Source: Candidatus Omnitrophota bacterium (lineage in GTDB: Bacteria; Omnitrophota; Gorgyraeia; Ghiorseimicrobiales; Ghiorseimicrobiaceae). Taken from it: a stretch of 64,000 bases of DNA. A program made the position numbers and the translations under genes. Every line of letters starts with the position of its first letter. Position 1 is the first letter of the stretch. The notes below the pieces were generated by a model. The model had not been told where the DNA came from, ran no database searches, and was given only the letters and a program-made list of their open reading frames with translations. The stretch covers positions 25,587 through 89,586 of the forward strand of contig JAUXSB010000008.1 in assembly GCA_030681595.1 (NCBI GenBank). Direction: 5' to 3'. Below are positions 17,697-27,629 of the stretch, piece by piece.

Positions 17697-19131
17697 GAAA
17701 AAGAGGACAGGTTACTTTTTAAATGATGATAAACCTAAAGAATCCTGTGGTTTATTCGGTATTTATGATAATAATGAGGCGCCGTGGCTGACTTATTTAG
17801 GGCTTTATGCGCTTCAACATAGAGGAGAGGAAGCCTGCGGTATAGTCGCCAGCGACGGAAAGCATCTTTCCATACACAAAGGTACGGGCTTGGTTGCTGA
17901 TGTTTTTAACGAAGACGCGTTTAAGAATTTATCAGGATTTATCAGTATCGGGCATCTGCGTTATTCAACTACCGGCTCCAGTATTTTAAAAAATGCCCAG
18001 CCGCTTTTAGTTGATTACCTTAAGGGTTCCTTAGCTGTAGGCCATAACGGCAATTTAGTAAATACGTTAGAGTTGCGCCGTAAATTAGAAAACAGCGGTT
18101 CCACCTTTCAAACTACTGCTGACTCTGAGATTATAGTTCAACTTATGGCGCGCTGCAAGAACTCGGATGTAATTAAGAGATTGATTTATGCGCTTAAAAA
18201 AATAAAAGGCGCTTATTCTTTGGTGATGATGACGAAAGACAGGCTTATCGGAGCGCGCGACCCGTTAGGTTTTAGGCCGTTAGTGATGGGCAGGTTAGGC
18301 ACAAGTTTATGCCTTGCTTCCGAAACTTGCGCGTTGGATCTAATCGGGGCAAAGTTAGTCCGCGAGGTTGAACCCGGAGAAGTAGTAATTATTACCAAGG
18401 ATGGTATAAAGTCCGTGCGCGCTTTCCCGAAACAGAAGCATCACGCCTATTGTATTTTTGAACATGTTTATTTTGCCCGCCCGGATTCTTTTATCTTCGG
18501 TGATACGGTTTATTCGGTGAGGAAAAAATTAGGCGCGCATCTTGCCAAAGAACACCCTGTAGATGCGGATTTTGTGATACCGGTTCCGGATTCAGGCACA
18601 TCTGCGGCAGTGGGATATTCGCAAGAATCGGGGATACCGTTAGAAATGGCGATTATCCGTAATCATTATATCGGCCGTACGTTTATACAGCCCTCTCAGC
18701 ATGTGCGTGATTTGGGCGTGCGGGTGAAGTTTAATATACTGCGCGACGTAATTAAAGGAAAACGTATTGTGATTGTTGATGATTCTATTGTGCGCGGTAC
18801 GACTTCCAAGAAGCGCGTCAAGGCGTTCAGGGCGCTGGGCGCTAAAGAAGTGCATTTTCGGATAAGCTGTCCACCGCATAAGTTTCCCTGTTTTTACGGG
18901 ATAGATTTTCATACGCAGAAAGAACTCATTGCCGCGCGTATGACGCTCGAGCAGATAAGAAAATATTTAAACGTAGATACGCTTGGGTATTTAAGCTTGG
19001 AAGGGATGTTAAAAAGTGTCAGCTGTCCCAAAGAGAATTATTGCACTGCCTGCTGGATAGGTAAATACCCTATAAAATGCGAAGGTAGGGTAACAAAGAA
19101 GGTCTTGGAGAAAAAGTGCTGCGGAGTTTAA
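17677..19131 (+). CDS. purF: amidophosphoribosyltransferase
   Basis: Ntn-hydrolase 'CGLFGIY' after a propeptide, a PRTase motif 'VIVDDSIVRGTT' and C-terminal Cys residues for an Fe-S cluster. Confidence 0.9.
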   Translation: MRRKISKKKRTGYFLNDDKPKESCGLFGIYDNNEAPWLTYLGLYALQHRGEEACGIVASDGKHLSIHKGTGLVADVFNEDAFKNLSGFISIGHLRYSTTGSSILKNAQPLLVDYLKGSLAVGHNGNLVNTLELRRKLENSGSTFQTTADSEIIVQLMARCKNSDVIKRLIYALKKIKGAYSLVMMTKDRLIGARDPLGFRPLVMGRLGTSLCLASETCALDLIGAKLVREVEPGEVVIITKDGIKSVRAFPKQKHHAYCIFEHVYFARPDSFIFGDTVYSVRKKLGAHLAKEHPVDADFVIPVPDSGTSAAVGYSQESGIPLEMAIIRNHYIGRTFIQPSQHVRDLGVRVKFNILRDVIKGKRIVIVDDSIVRGTTSKKRVKAFRALGAKEVHFRISCPPHKFPCFYGIDFHTQKELIAARMTLEQIRKYLNVDTLGYLSLEGMLKSVSCPKENYCTACWIGKYPIKCEGRVTKKVLEKKCCGV

Positions 19132-19143
19132 AACGATTTAATT

Positions 19144-20154
19144 ATGGCAAAAATAACTTATAAAAAATCCGGCGTAGATATTGGAGAAGCAGGTATTTTT
19201 AAGAATAAAATAAAGTCTTTGGTTCGGGAATCTTTCCGGCCTGAGGTCTTAAAGGATATCGGCGGATTCGGCAGTTTTTTTAGTTTCCCTAAAGATAAAT
19301 ACAAAGAACCGGTTTTGGTTTCATCTTCTGACGGTGTAGGCACAAAGCTAAAGATTGCTAGTTTAGTAAATAAACACGATACCATCGGTATTGATGCCGT
19401 AGCAATGAATGTAAATGATATTCTTTGTGTGGGCGCTGAGCCGTTGTTTTTTTTGGATTATATCTCCTATAGCAAGGTAGATTCCGGTGTGCTTATCGAT
19501 ATAGTAAAAGGCCTAAACCGCGGATGTATTGAGGCGGGTTGTTCTTTGGTGGGAGGCGAGACCGCTCAAATGCCCGGTATGTATAAGCAGGATGAATATG
19601 ATGTAGCCGGTTTTTGCGTCGGGGTAGTCGAGCGGAAGAATGTAATTGACGGCGCTAAAATTTCAGCCCGTGACGTTGTTATCGGTATAGAATCAAGCGG
19701 CCTGCATTCCAACGGCTATTCTTTAGTGCGTAAAGTTTTCTCTAAATCCGAGCTCATCCGTTATTCAGGGGAACTACTTATGCCTACCCGTATCTACGTT
19801 AAGCCTATTTTATCTTTGTTAAGGGTTAAGGGTTACGGGTTAAGGGTTAAGGGTATCGCGCATATCACCGGTGGAGCGTTCTACGATAAAATCGCGCGTA
19901 TCCTGCCGGATAATGTAAATGTCCGAATTAATAAGGATTCCTGGCCTGTGCCGAAAATCTTTAAACTTATCCAGAATAAAGGCGGGATCGCTGAGAAAGA
20001 AATGTACCATACCTTGAATATGGGCATTGGTTTGGTTTTGATAGTTGAGCCGAAAGCAAAAGAAGCCGTAATCTCGAAATTGGCTGAATTTAAGCTTAAG
20101 TCTTGGGCTATCGGTGAGGTCACCAAAGGTAAAAAAGAGGTTGAGATAGTTTAA
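19144..20154 (+). CDS. purM: phosphoribosylformylglycinamidine cyclo-ligase (AIR synthetase)
   Basis: PurM family; the N-terminus carries 'GGFGSFF' and 'DGVGTKL'. Confidence 0.9.
   Translation: MAKITYKKSGVDIGEAGIFKNKIKSLVRESFRPEVLKDIGGFGSFFSFPKDKYKEPVLVSSSDGVGTKLKIASLVNKHDTIGIDAVAMNVNDILCVGAEPLFFLDYISYSKVDSGVLIDIVKGLNRGCIEAGCSLVGGETAQMPGMYKQDEYDVAGFCVGVVERKNVIDGAKISARDVVIGIESSGLHSNGYSLVRKVFSKSELIRYSGELLMPTRIYVKPILSLLRVKGYGLRVKGIAHITGGAFYDKIARILPDNVNVRINKDSWPVPKIFKLIQNKGGIAEKEMYHTLNMGIGLVLIVEPKAKEAVISKLAEFKLKSWAIGEVTKGKKEVEIV
19818..19854 (+). repeat. in-frame tandem heptamers in purM (gttaagg gttaagg gttacgg gttaagg gttaagg)
   Basis: Seen directly; encodes LRVKGYGLRVKG. Confidence 0.6.
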
Positions 20155-20170
20155 CCTAAAGGAGGCAGAG

Positions 20171-21043
20171 ATGAACATTGTGTTTGTAGTTATTGCGGCG
20201 GTAATTTTTATTTTCTTATCCGGTATCAAAATTGTCAGGCCCACCCATCGGGGCTTAGTGGAAAGATTGGGAAAATACAACCGTTTTGCCGAGCCGGGAT
20301 TTAACTGGATTATCCCTGTCATAGAAAATATTTATCTGGTTAACATAACCGAGCAGATGGTTGATGCCGAACCGCAGGAAATCATCACCAACGATAATCT
20401 TAATGCCAAGGTAGACGCGCAGGTTTATTTTAAGGTAAAGACAGACGCTGATAGCGTAAAAAATTGCATTTATAATGTGAATAATTATCAGTGGCAGATT
20501 GTAAATTTAGCGCGTACGACTTTAAGAAATATTATAGGTACGCTTACCTTAAAGTCGGCAAACAGCGAGCGCGGCAGGATTAATGATGAATTACATAAAA
20601 CCCTGATGAATGAAACTGGCAGTTGGGGCATAGAAATTGTCCGTACCGAATTAAAGGAAATTGACCCGCCCAAAGACGTGCAGGAGACAATGAATAAAGT
20701 AGTCAAGGCGGAAAACGAAAAAATCGCCGCGATTGACTTTGCCACCGCTACCGAAACCGTCGCAGACGGCCAGAAAAGAGCCGAGATTAAGAAAGCTGAA
20801 GGTATTAAGCAGGCAAGGATCTTAGAGGCAGAGGGGGAGGCAGCGGCGATTAAGCTGGTAAATGAAGCAGCGGAGCATTATTTTGTGGGTAATGCCCAGG
20901 TTTTAAGGAAGCTTGAAGCAGTGGAAAAATCCTTGGCAAATAATGCGAAAATCGTCATCCCATCAAATACCGAATTGGTCAATGTCATCGGCGAGATGGC
21001 AGGTTTCTTACCGATTAAGAAAGAAGATAAGCCGGCAAAATAG
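20171..21043 (+). CDS. SPFH/band-7 (stomatin-like) membrane protein, second paralog
   Basis: An N-terminal TM segment is followed by an SPFH-like domain with an Ala/Glu-rich coiled-coil tail. Confidence 0.7.
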   Translation: MNIVFVVIAAVIFIFLSGIKIVRPTHRGLVERLGKYNRFAEPGFNWIIPVIENIYLVNITEQMVDAEPQEIITNDNLNAKVDAQVYFKVKTDADSVKNCIYNVNNYQWQIVNLARTTLRNIIGTLTLKSANSERGRINDELHKTLMNETGSWGIEIVRTELKEIDPPKDVQETMNKVVKAENEKIAAIDFATATETVADGQKRAEIKKAEGIKQARILEAEGEAAAIKLVNEAAEHYFVGNAQVLRKLEAVEKSLANNAKIVIPSNTELVNVIGEMAGFLPIKKEDKPAK

Positions 21044-21049
21044 TTTTTT

Positions 21050-21859
21050 ATGCACGATAAACCTGGGAAATCACCGGTTGGGCTTTTAGTTGGCACTATT
21101 GTAAGCATCGTTTTTCTTTATTGTTTAGACATTTTTACTGTTGGGCGTATTGCGCGGCCGGTTCCTTTCCCGTTTACCGATAACGAATGCTTAAACTATG
21201 AAATAAGCTATCCAAATAGCAATAATCCCGGCACGAATTCAAAAGTTTGTTTTAGGAAGAAAGGTGATAATTTTATTGAGCGTGTTAGCGGTGTGCCTTG
21301 GCTTTCAGAAGTGCTTACTACGACGTTTAACTTAGATGGATTCTCTATTCTTTCCAAAGAAGATATTGAGTATAGGATGAAGGCATTTTCACGCGATAAA
21401 AATCTCCCGTTATTTTTACAACAAGAAGAAAAAAGGGTAATGAAGGGCATGAAAGAACATTGCAGATATTTCGGCCCTCTCGACCTAGAGGCCGGGGACT
21501 TATTTTATAATAAATTTCCGGTGAAAGAATTTAGCGAATATAACAATGAGCCGGTTTATCTTGTAGAAGTTTATCCGTGGAGAGATACGCAGTATGCGGA
21601 TAAGGGTTTAGTTTCAAAATTTATTCAGAAGTTATGGTTGTTTAGTATCCGCCGCAGGCAGCAGTTTATAATGGGTTATCCTAAAAGGACAAAATCAAGC
21701 TCGGATGTTATGGAGCGCCTATATTATAGCCGAAAGAGCGGGGTATTAATGGGGAGTGAGCGTCTTTGGGTAGTTAGGGATGTTAAGGGAAATGTTGTTT
21801 CGGAGGATTCATCCAAAAAAGAGCGCGATGTTAAGACGCGTCTTATTCGGCAAAAATGA
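21050..21859 (+). CDS. hypothetical membrane-anchored protein
   Basis: One N-terminal TM segment and no recognisable motifs. It is tightly packed between the SPFH gene and purD. Confidence 0.35.
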   Translation: MHDKPGKSPVGLLVGTIVSIVFLYCLDIFTVGRIARPVPFPFTDNECLNYEISYPNSNNPGTNSKVCFRKKGDNFIERVSGVPWLSEVLTTTFNLDGFSILSKEDIEYRMKAFSRDKNLPLFLQQEEKRVMKGMKEHCRYFGPLDLEAGDLFYNKFPVKEFSEYNNEPVYLVEVYPWRDTQYADKGLVSKFIQKLWLFSIRRRQQFIMGYPKRTKSSSDVMERLYYSRKSGVLMGSERLWVVRDVKGNVVSEDSSKKERDVKTRLIRQK

Positions 21860-23199
21860 GAATTTTAGTTATTGGTTCCGGCGGCAGGGAGCATGCGCTG
21901 GTTTGGAAAATAGCGCAGTCGAAGTTGGTAGATAAGATTTTTTGTGCGCCGGGAAATGCCGGGATTTCCGATTTGGCGGAGTGTGTTGATATAAGGCCTG
22001 AAGATATCCCGGCACTGATAGATTTTGTGCGCCGGGAAAAAATTGATTTAACCGTTGTCGGCCCGGAGGCACCGCTTTCTTTGGGCATAGTTGACGAGTT
22101 TAACAATTATAAGCTAAAAATATTCGGCCCAAATAAAAAGGCAGCGAAGCTCGAGGCAAGCAAGGTATTTGCCAAGCAAATGATGGCAAAATATAAAGTG
22201 CCGACCGCGGATTTTAAAATCTTTACCGATGCCGAAGAGGCAAAAAAATATATCGATAAAATTGGCCCGTCTTGCGTAGTTAAGGCAGACGGTTTGGCTA
22301 GCGGCAAGGGAGTAGTGGTAGCTAAAACTATTAATGAGGCAAAAGACGCAGTTACCTCAATGATAGAAGAGAAGATTTTTGGCGATGCCGGTAATAGAAT
22401 TATTATTGAGGAATGTTTAGAAGGCGCGGAGGCATCGATATTAGTTTTAACTGATTCGAAAGAAGTTATCCCTCTTGCGTCAGCCCAGGACCATAAAAGA
22501 ATTTTTGATAAGGATCAAGGCCCGAATACCGGCGGGATGGGGGCTTATTCGCCCGCGCCCGTAGTAACAAATGAATTATTCAACGAAATTTTAGATAAGG
22601 TTGTATATCGTATAATCGACGGTTTGATAAAAGAAGGGATAGATTATCGCGGCGTATTATACGCCGGGATTATACTGACTAAAGAAGGACCGAAAGTATT
22701 AGAGTTTAATGTGCGTTTTGGCGATCCCGAGACGGAAGCGATATTGCCGCGCCTATCGTCTGATTTAGTAGAGGCAATGTTGGCAACAGCCGATGGCAAA
22801 TTGACTAAGTTCAAAAAATTCGGCGGCCTTAATTGGGATAGCCGCGCCTGCGTTTGTGTTGTCTGCGCTTCCGGAGGATACCCGGGAAAGTATGAAAATG
22901 GAAAAGAAATTTTTGGTTTGGATGAAGCGGCAAAGATGAAAGATGTGGTAGTCTTTCATGCGGGAACTAAAAAGTCACCAGTCACCAGTCATACCCTTAC
23001 GGGCACAGGCCAGTCACCAGTAAAATATTTTACGAATGGCGGAAGGGTTTTGGGGGTGACGGGGTTAGGTAATATTATAAAAGAGGCAGTAGATAAAACC
23101 TATAAGGCTGTAGATAAAATTAGCTTTGAGGGGATGAATTACAGGAAAGATATAGGATATAAAGCGATAGCAAATATTAAAAATCAAATATCAAAATAA
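21856..23199 (+). CDS. purD: phosphoribosylamine--glycine ligase
   Basis: N-terminus 'MRILVIGSGGREHAL' and an ATP-grasp fold. Confidence 0.9.
   Translation: MRILVIGSGGREHALVWKIAQSKLVDKIFCAPGNAGISDLAECVDIRPEDIPALIDFVRREKIDLTVVGPEAPLSLGIVDEFNNYKLKIFGPNKKAAKLEASKVFAKQMMAKYKVPTADFKIFTDAEEAKKYIDKIGPSCVVKADGLASGKGVVVAKTINEAKDAVTSMIEEKIFGDAGNRIIIEECLEGAEASILVLTDSKEVIPLASAQDHKRIFDKDQGPNTGGMGAYSPAPVVTNELFNEILDKVVYRIIDGLIKEGIDYRGVLYAGIILTKEGPKVLEFNVRFGDPETEAILPRLSSDLVEAMLATADGKLTKFKKFGGLNWDSRACVCVVCASGGYPGKYENGKEIFGLDEAAKMKDVVVFHAGTKKSPVTSHTLTGTGQSPVKYFTNGGRVLGVTGLGNIIKEAVDKTYKAVDKISFEGMNYRKDIGYKAIANIKNQISK
22974..23021 (+). repeat. in-frame insertion in purD: (agtcacc)x2-3 flanking ccttacgggcacaggcc
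   Basis: It uses the same heptamer (agtcacc) as the purL insert at 13990. It encodes SPVTSHTLTGTGQSPV just before the conserved GGRVL. Confidence 0.5.
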
Positions 23200-23223
23200 A
23201 ATTTCACGCAAGGGGGTATTTTT

Positions 23224-23703
23224 ATGAGTATCGAAGTAGCGATAGTAATGGGCAGTGAGTCGGATTTAGAAATAATGAAAGAGGCGGCGAGCGCTTTGGG
23301 TGAATTTGGTATCGGTTATAGAGCAATGGTGATGTCGGCGCATAGAAGCCCTAAGGTAGTAGTGGGGTTTGCTCTTTGCGCAAAAGAAAAAGGCATTAAG
23401 GTAATAATAGCAGGCGCCGGAGGCGCGGCGCATTTAGCCGGAATAATTGCCGCGCATACAACTTTGCCTGTAGTAGGCGTTCCGATTGAAACAAAGAGTC
23501 TAAAAGGATTAGATTCGCTTCTGTCTACGGTGCAGATGCCGAAAAATGTGCCGGTGGCAACTTTAGCAATAGGCAAAGCAGGAGCAAGAAATGCCGGGAT
23601 ATTGGCGGCGCAAATTTTAGCGCTATCCGATAAAAAAATTGCCGATAAGTTAGCTAATTTTAAAAAACAATTGGTAAAATCGGCGAAGAATATCAAGCTT
23701 TAA
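23224..23703 (+). CDS. purE: N5-carboxyaminoimidazole ribonucleotide mutase
   Basis: PurE family with 'GSESDL' and 'AGGAAHL'. Confidence 0.9.
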   Translation: MSIEVAIVMGSESDLEIMKEAASALGEFGIGYRAMVMSAHRSPKVVVGFALCAKEKGIKVIIAGAGGAAHLAGIIAAHTTLPVVGVPIETKSLKGLDSLLSTVQMPKNVPVATLAIGKAGARNAGILAAQILALSDKKIADKLANFKKQLVKSAKNIKL

Positions 23704-23705
23704 CG

Positions 23706-24758
23706 ATGAAAACCCAGGTAATTAAAATTGATCCAATAAATCCTGACCCGGATAAGATTAAAGATGCCGCATTAGTATTGGCAAACGGCGGTCTGGTAGC
23801 TTTTCCGACGGAAACAGTTTACGGCTTAGGCGCGAATATGCGCGATGAAAAGGCGCTGGCGCGCCTTTATGAGGTAAAGAAAAGGCCGCAAGATAAACCT
23901 TTTTCTATTCATATTGCCAGGAAAGAAGAGATAGAAAATTTTGCCGTAGATATCGCGCCTTTTGCCTGGCGGATAGTTGACAGGTTTTTACCCGGTCCAT
24001 TGACTTTAGTCTTAAAAGGAAAAGATAAACATAAAGTCGGCTTTAGAATGCCGAATAACCGCCTGGCGTTAAGCCTTATTTTAGAGGCAAGGGTGCCGGT
24101 AGTGGCTCCGTCGGCGAATATCTCGGGAAATCCGCCCCCTAAAAACGCAGAAGATGTATTAAAGGATCTAGGCGGCCATATTGAAGTCGTAATTGACGGC
24201 GGGCCGGTGGAATTAGGTATTGAGTCAACCGTAGCGGATCTAACGAGCCTGCCTATTAAAATCCTTCGGGATGGAGCCATAAGTAAGGAAGCGCTGGAAA
24301 AAATTTCAGAGTCAAAAGAGGTGCTTTTTGTCTGCACGGGCAATTCATGCCGCTCGGTGATGGCAAAATATCTCTTGGAAAAGGAGTTAAGCCTTTTAAA
24401 TAAAAATAATGTTTCCGTTCTTTCCTGCGGGGTAAGCGCCATAGAGGGGATGTCGGCCACGCCTTTTACCCTGAATTTAATAAGAGCTGACGGTATTGAG
24501 ATAAAAAAACACGAAGCCATAAGATTAAAGAAACAGCTGGTAAGGCGCGCGGATATAATCTTGGTTATGGAGAACTTGCATAAAGAAGAGGTGCTTCGGC
24601 TTTATCCCGAGGCAAAGGAAAAAAATTATCTTTTGGGGGAGTTTGCCGACAATTTAATCGCGGATATTCATGATCCGATAGGGAAATCAGAAGAGGAGTA
24701 TGGGAAATGTTTTCTCCAGATAAAGGAACTTGTGAAAAAGGCGGCCGCAAAGATTTAA
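23706..24758 (+). CDS. tsaC: fusion protein: L-threonylcarbamoyladenylate synthase (TsaC/YrdC domain) + low-molecular-weight protein phosphatase (YwlE-like) domain
   Basis: YrdC motif 'LVAFPTETVYGLGAN' at the N-terminus. LMW-PTP P-loop 'CTGNSCRS' and a DP motif in the C-terminal half. Confidence 0.8.
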   Translation: MKTQVIKIDPINPDPDKIKDAALVLANGGLVAFPTETVYGLGANMRDEKALARLYEVKKRPQDKPFSIHIARKEEIENFAVDIAPFAWRIVDRFLPGPLTLVLKGKDKHKVGFRMPNNRLALSLILEARVPVVAPSANISGNPPPKNAEDVLKDLGGHIEVVIDGGPVELGIESTVADLTSLPIKILRDGAISKEALEKISESKEVLFVCTGNSCRSVMAKYLLEKELSLLNKNNVSVLSCGVSAIEGMSATPFTLNLIRADGIEIKKHEAIRLKKQLVRRADIILVMENLHKEEVLRLYPEAKEKNYLLGEFADNLIADIHDPIGKSEEEYGKCFLQIKELVKKAAAKI

Positions 24759-25198
24759 AGATCGGCTTTGCCTCTGACCATGGCGGGCTTGAGCTAAAAG
24801 AAAACCTAAAAACCGCATTAGAGCATAAGGGCTATAATGTTTTAGATTTCGGCACATATAGCCGCCAATCCTGTGATTACCCAAAATTTGGGATAAAATT
24901 AATCAGGGCAATTTTAGAGAGGAAGTTAGCTCGCGGTGTGCTTCTCTGCCGCTCCGGCATAGGCTTTTCTATTTTGGCAAACAGATTTAATGGTATAAGG
25001 GCGGCGCTTTGCTATAATGTTAAAGCTGCTGCGCGTTCACGGGCGCATAATGACTCCAACATCTTAATTTTAGGCGGTGATTTTGTAAAGAAAAGAGAAG
25101 CCGCAAAGATTCTGGATGTATGGTTGAATACCGAGTTTGAGGGCGGGAGGCATTTACGAAGATTAAGGCAAATTGAGAAATTTTGTAAAAATCTTTAA
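24707..25198 (+). CDS. rpiB: ribose-5-phosphate isomerase B
   Basis: RpiB/LacAB family with 'ASDHGG' and 'LLCRSGIG'. It overlaps the upstream gene end, so the start is uncertain. Confidence 0.85.
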   Translation: MFSPDKGTCEKGGRKDLKIGFASDHGGLELKENLKTALEHKGYNVLDFGTYSRQSCDYPKFGIKLIRAILERKLARGVLLCRSGIGFSILANRFNGIRAALCYNVKAAARSRAHNDSNILILGGDFVKKREAAKILDVWLNTEFEGGRHLRRLRQIEKFCKNL

Positions 25199-25331
25199 CT
25201 CCTTGCTTAGGCACTTGAAAATTTCTGCGAAATTTTCTGCGTAAGCTTCGGAGTCAATTCGCACTTATAAGTTACATCTCCGCCTGCGGCAGGTTCTGTA
25301 ACTTATGTGCTCATTGAGGAGTTAGGAAAGA

Positions 25332-26567
25332 ATGAATTACTTAAAAAAGACAGACCCGGAAGTTTATCGGATTATACAGAAAGAGTGCAAGCGCGAGGAA
25401 GAAAGCTTAGAATTAATTGCTTCGGAAAACTTTACTTCGCCTGCGGTGCTTGAGGCTCAAGGCTCATGCCTGACCAATAAATATGCTGAAGGATATCCAG
25501 GCAGGCGTTGGTATGGCGGATGCGAATTTGTCGATGAAGTGGAGGCGTTAGCAATTGAGCGGGCAAAAAAGATATTCGGCGGCGACCATATCAATGTACA
25601 GCCGCATTCAGGCTCACAGGCGAATATGGCGGTTTTTTTTGCGAGTTTAGAGCCTAACGATACTATTTTAGCGATGGGCCTCGCCTGTGGCGGGCACTTA
25701 ACGCATGGCCATCGGCATAATTTTTCCGGCAGGCTGTATAAAGTAGTTTGCTATGGGGTAAACCCTAAAACAGAAATGCTTGATTACGATGAAATTTTAA
25801 AATTGGCCCAAGCGCATAAGCCAAAAATGATTTTAGCCGGGGCATCTGCCTATTCGCGCGTAATTGATTTTAAAAAATTCCGTCAAATCTGCGATAAGAC
25901 AGGCGCTTATTTATTTGTGGATATGGCGCATATCGCGGGGCTTGTCGCGGCGGGGCTGCATCCTTCGCCGGTTCCCTACGCGGAATTCGTCACTTCGACT
26001 ACGCATAAAACTTTACGCGGCCCGCGGGCGGGATTTATCATTTGTAGGCACGAATTTGCCAGAAAAATCGATATGCAGGTTTTCCCGGGCATTCAGGGTG
26101 GGCCTTTAATGCATGTGATTGCCGCAAAGGCAGTGGCATTCAGAGAGGCGTTAACACCCGGTTTTAAAAAATATCAGGCGCAGGTGATAAAGAATGCCAA
26201 GGCCTTGGGGGCAGCACTTGAGAAAAAAGGCCTGCGGATTGTTTCCGGAGGAACGGATAATCATTTGTTTCTGGTAGATTTAAGGGCAAAAAATATTTCC
26301 GGGCGTGACGCGGCGGAATTTTTAGACCGTGCCAATATCACCGTAAATAAAAACCTTATTCCGTTTGACCCGACGTCTGCTACGATAACCAGCGGGATAC
26401 GTTTGGGTACGCCGGCAGTTACCACGCGCGGAATGAGAGAAAAAGAAATGGGGAGAATTGCCGAATTTATTGATAGCGTATTGACATCAGGCGGAGATGA
26501 GAAGGCTTGTTTAAGGGTTAAAAAAGAAGTTTTGAAATTGGTAAAGAAATTTCCACTCTATAAATAG
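25332..26567 (+). CDS. glyA: serine hydroxymethyltransferase
   Basis: PLP site '[10 protein letters not shown]' and strong overall SHMT similarity. Confidence 0.95.
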   Translation: MNYLKKTDPEVYRIIQKECKREEESLELIASENFTSPAVLEAQGSCLTNKYAEGYPGRRWYGGCEFVDEVEALAIERAKKIFGGDHINVQPHSGSQANMAVFFASLEPNDTILAMGLACGGHLTHGHRHNFSGRLYKVVCYGVNPKTEMLDYDEILKLAQAHKPKMILAGASAYSRVIDFKKFRQICDKTGAYLFVDMAHIAGLVAAGLHPSPVPYAEFVTSTTHKTLRGPRAGFIICRHEFARKIDMQVFPGIQGGPLMHVIAAKAVAFREALTPGFKKYQAQVIKNAKALGAALEKKGLRIVSGGTDNHLFLVDLRAKNISGRDAAEFLDRANITVNKNLIPFDPTSATITSGIRLGTPAVTTRGMREKEMGRIAEFIDSVLTSGGDEKACLRVKKEVLKLVKKFPLYK

Positions 26568-26572
26568 GTGAT

Positions 26573-27043
26573 GTGATGATACAAAAAAAACGCTTTCGCC
26601 CAAGTTGGGATGAGTATTTTTTAGAAATGGCAAAGTTGGTAGCTAAACGTTCTACTTGTTTACGCCGTCAGGTAGGGGCGGTATTAGTTAAAAATAAGCG
26701 TATCCTTGCGACAGGGTATAATGGCGCGCCGAGCGGTTTAGGCCATTGCCTGGATATCGGTTGTTTACGCGAAAAATTAAAAATTCCTTCTGGCGAGCGC
26801 CATGAGCTTTGCCGCGGCTTACACGCGGAACAAAATGCGCTTATACAGGCATCGTTATACGGTATCAGCGTAAAAGACAGCGTATTTTACCTTACCAATC
26901 AGCCTTGTATTATCTGTGCAAAGATGCTGATTAATGCCGGAATAAAAGAAATTGTTATTGCCGACGGTTATCCGGATAAGATGGCGCAGGATTTTTTCAA
27001 AGAGGCGAAGATAAAGGTAAGAAAATTTGTAAAATCGAAATGA
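26573..27043 (+). CDS. dCMP deaminase (ComEB-like)
   Basis: CMP/dCMP deaminase Zn motifs 'HAEQNA' and 'PCIICA'. Confidence 0.8.
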   Translation: MMIQKKRFRPSWDEYFLEMAKLVAKRSTCLRRQVGAVLVKNKRILATGYNGAPSGLGHCLDIGCLREKLKIPSGERHELCRGLHAEQNALIQASLYGISVKDSVFYLTNQPCIICAKMLINAGIKEIVIADGYPDKMAQDFFKEAKIKVRKFVKSK

Positions 27044-27121
27044 TTTTTATATCGTTTTGCCTGTCTACCGATAGGTAGGCATTTTACATTTTGAATTTTA
27101 AATTTTAGGAGCGAAGCTACG

Positions 27122-27628
27122 ATGAAGTGCCAATTCTGCGGTTATCATGAAGATAAGGTGGTGGATTCGCGTTCAAGCTCTGAAGGCGCTTCTGTGCGCA
27201 GGAGGCGTGAATGTATTAAATGCGGCCGGCGTTTTACGACTTATGAATATATTGAAGAAATGCCTTTGATGGTGATTAAGAAAGACGGCCGCCGGGAACC
27301 TCTTGACCGCAAGAAAATCCAGGCAGGTATCATAAAGGCTTGCGAAAAACGGCCGATAAGCACAGAAAAGATAGATGATGTGGTGGTAGGTGTAGAAAGA
27401 GCGATTTTGAAAAAATTTGACCGCGAAGTGCCTTCTGTATTTATCGGCGAGTTAATTATGCAGAAATTGGCAGATTTAGATGAGGTTGCTTATGTGAGGT
27501 TCGCTTCGGTGTATCGGCAGTTTAAAGATGTCAACCAATTCATGAAAGAATTAAAGACTATTTTAGATAAGGAAAGCTTAATTGCTAAATTGGTAAAGCC
27601 AAGGCGTAAGAAAAAGAAAGGCATTTAA
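27122..27628 (+). CDS. nrdR: transcriptional repressor NrdR
   Basis: N-terminal Zn ribbon 'CQFCG...CIKCGRRF' plus an ATP-cone domain. Confidence 0.9.
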   Translation: MKCQFCGYHEDKVVDSRSSSEGASVRRRRECIKCGRRFTTYEYIEEMPLMVIKKDGRREPLDRKKIQAGIIKACEKRPISTEKIDDVVVGVERAILKKFDREVPSVFIGELIMQKLADLDEVAYVRFASVYRQFKDVNQFMKELKTILDKESLIAKLVKPRRKKKKGI

Positions 27629-27629
27629 T

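Noticed and set aside
25864-26109. 81-aa alternative-frame ORF inside glyA
   Set aside because: It lies within and out of frame with the glyA coding sequence.
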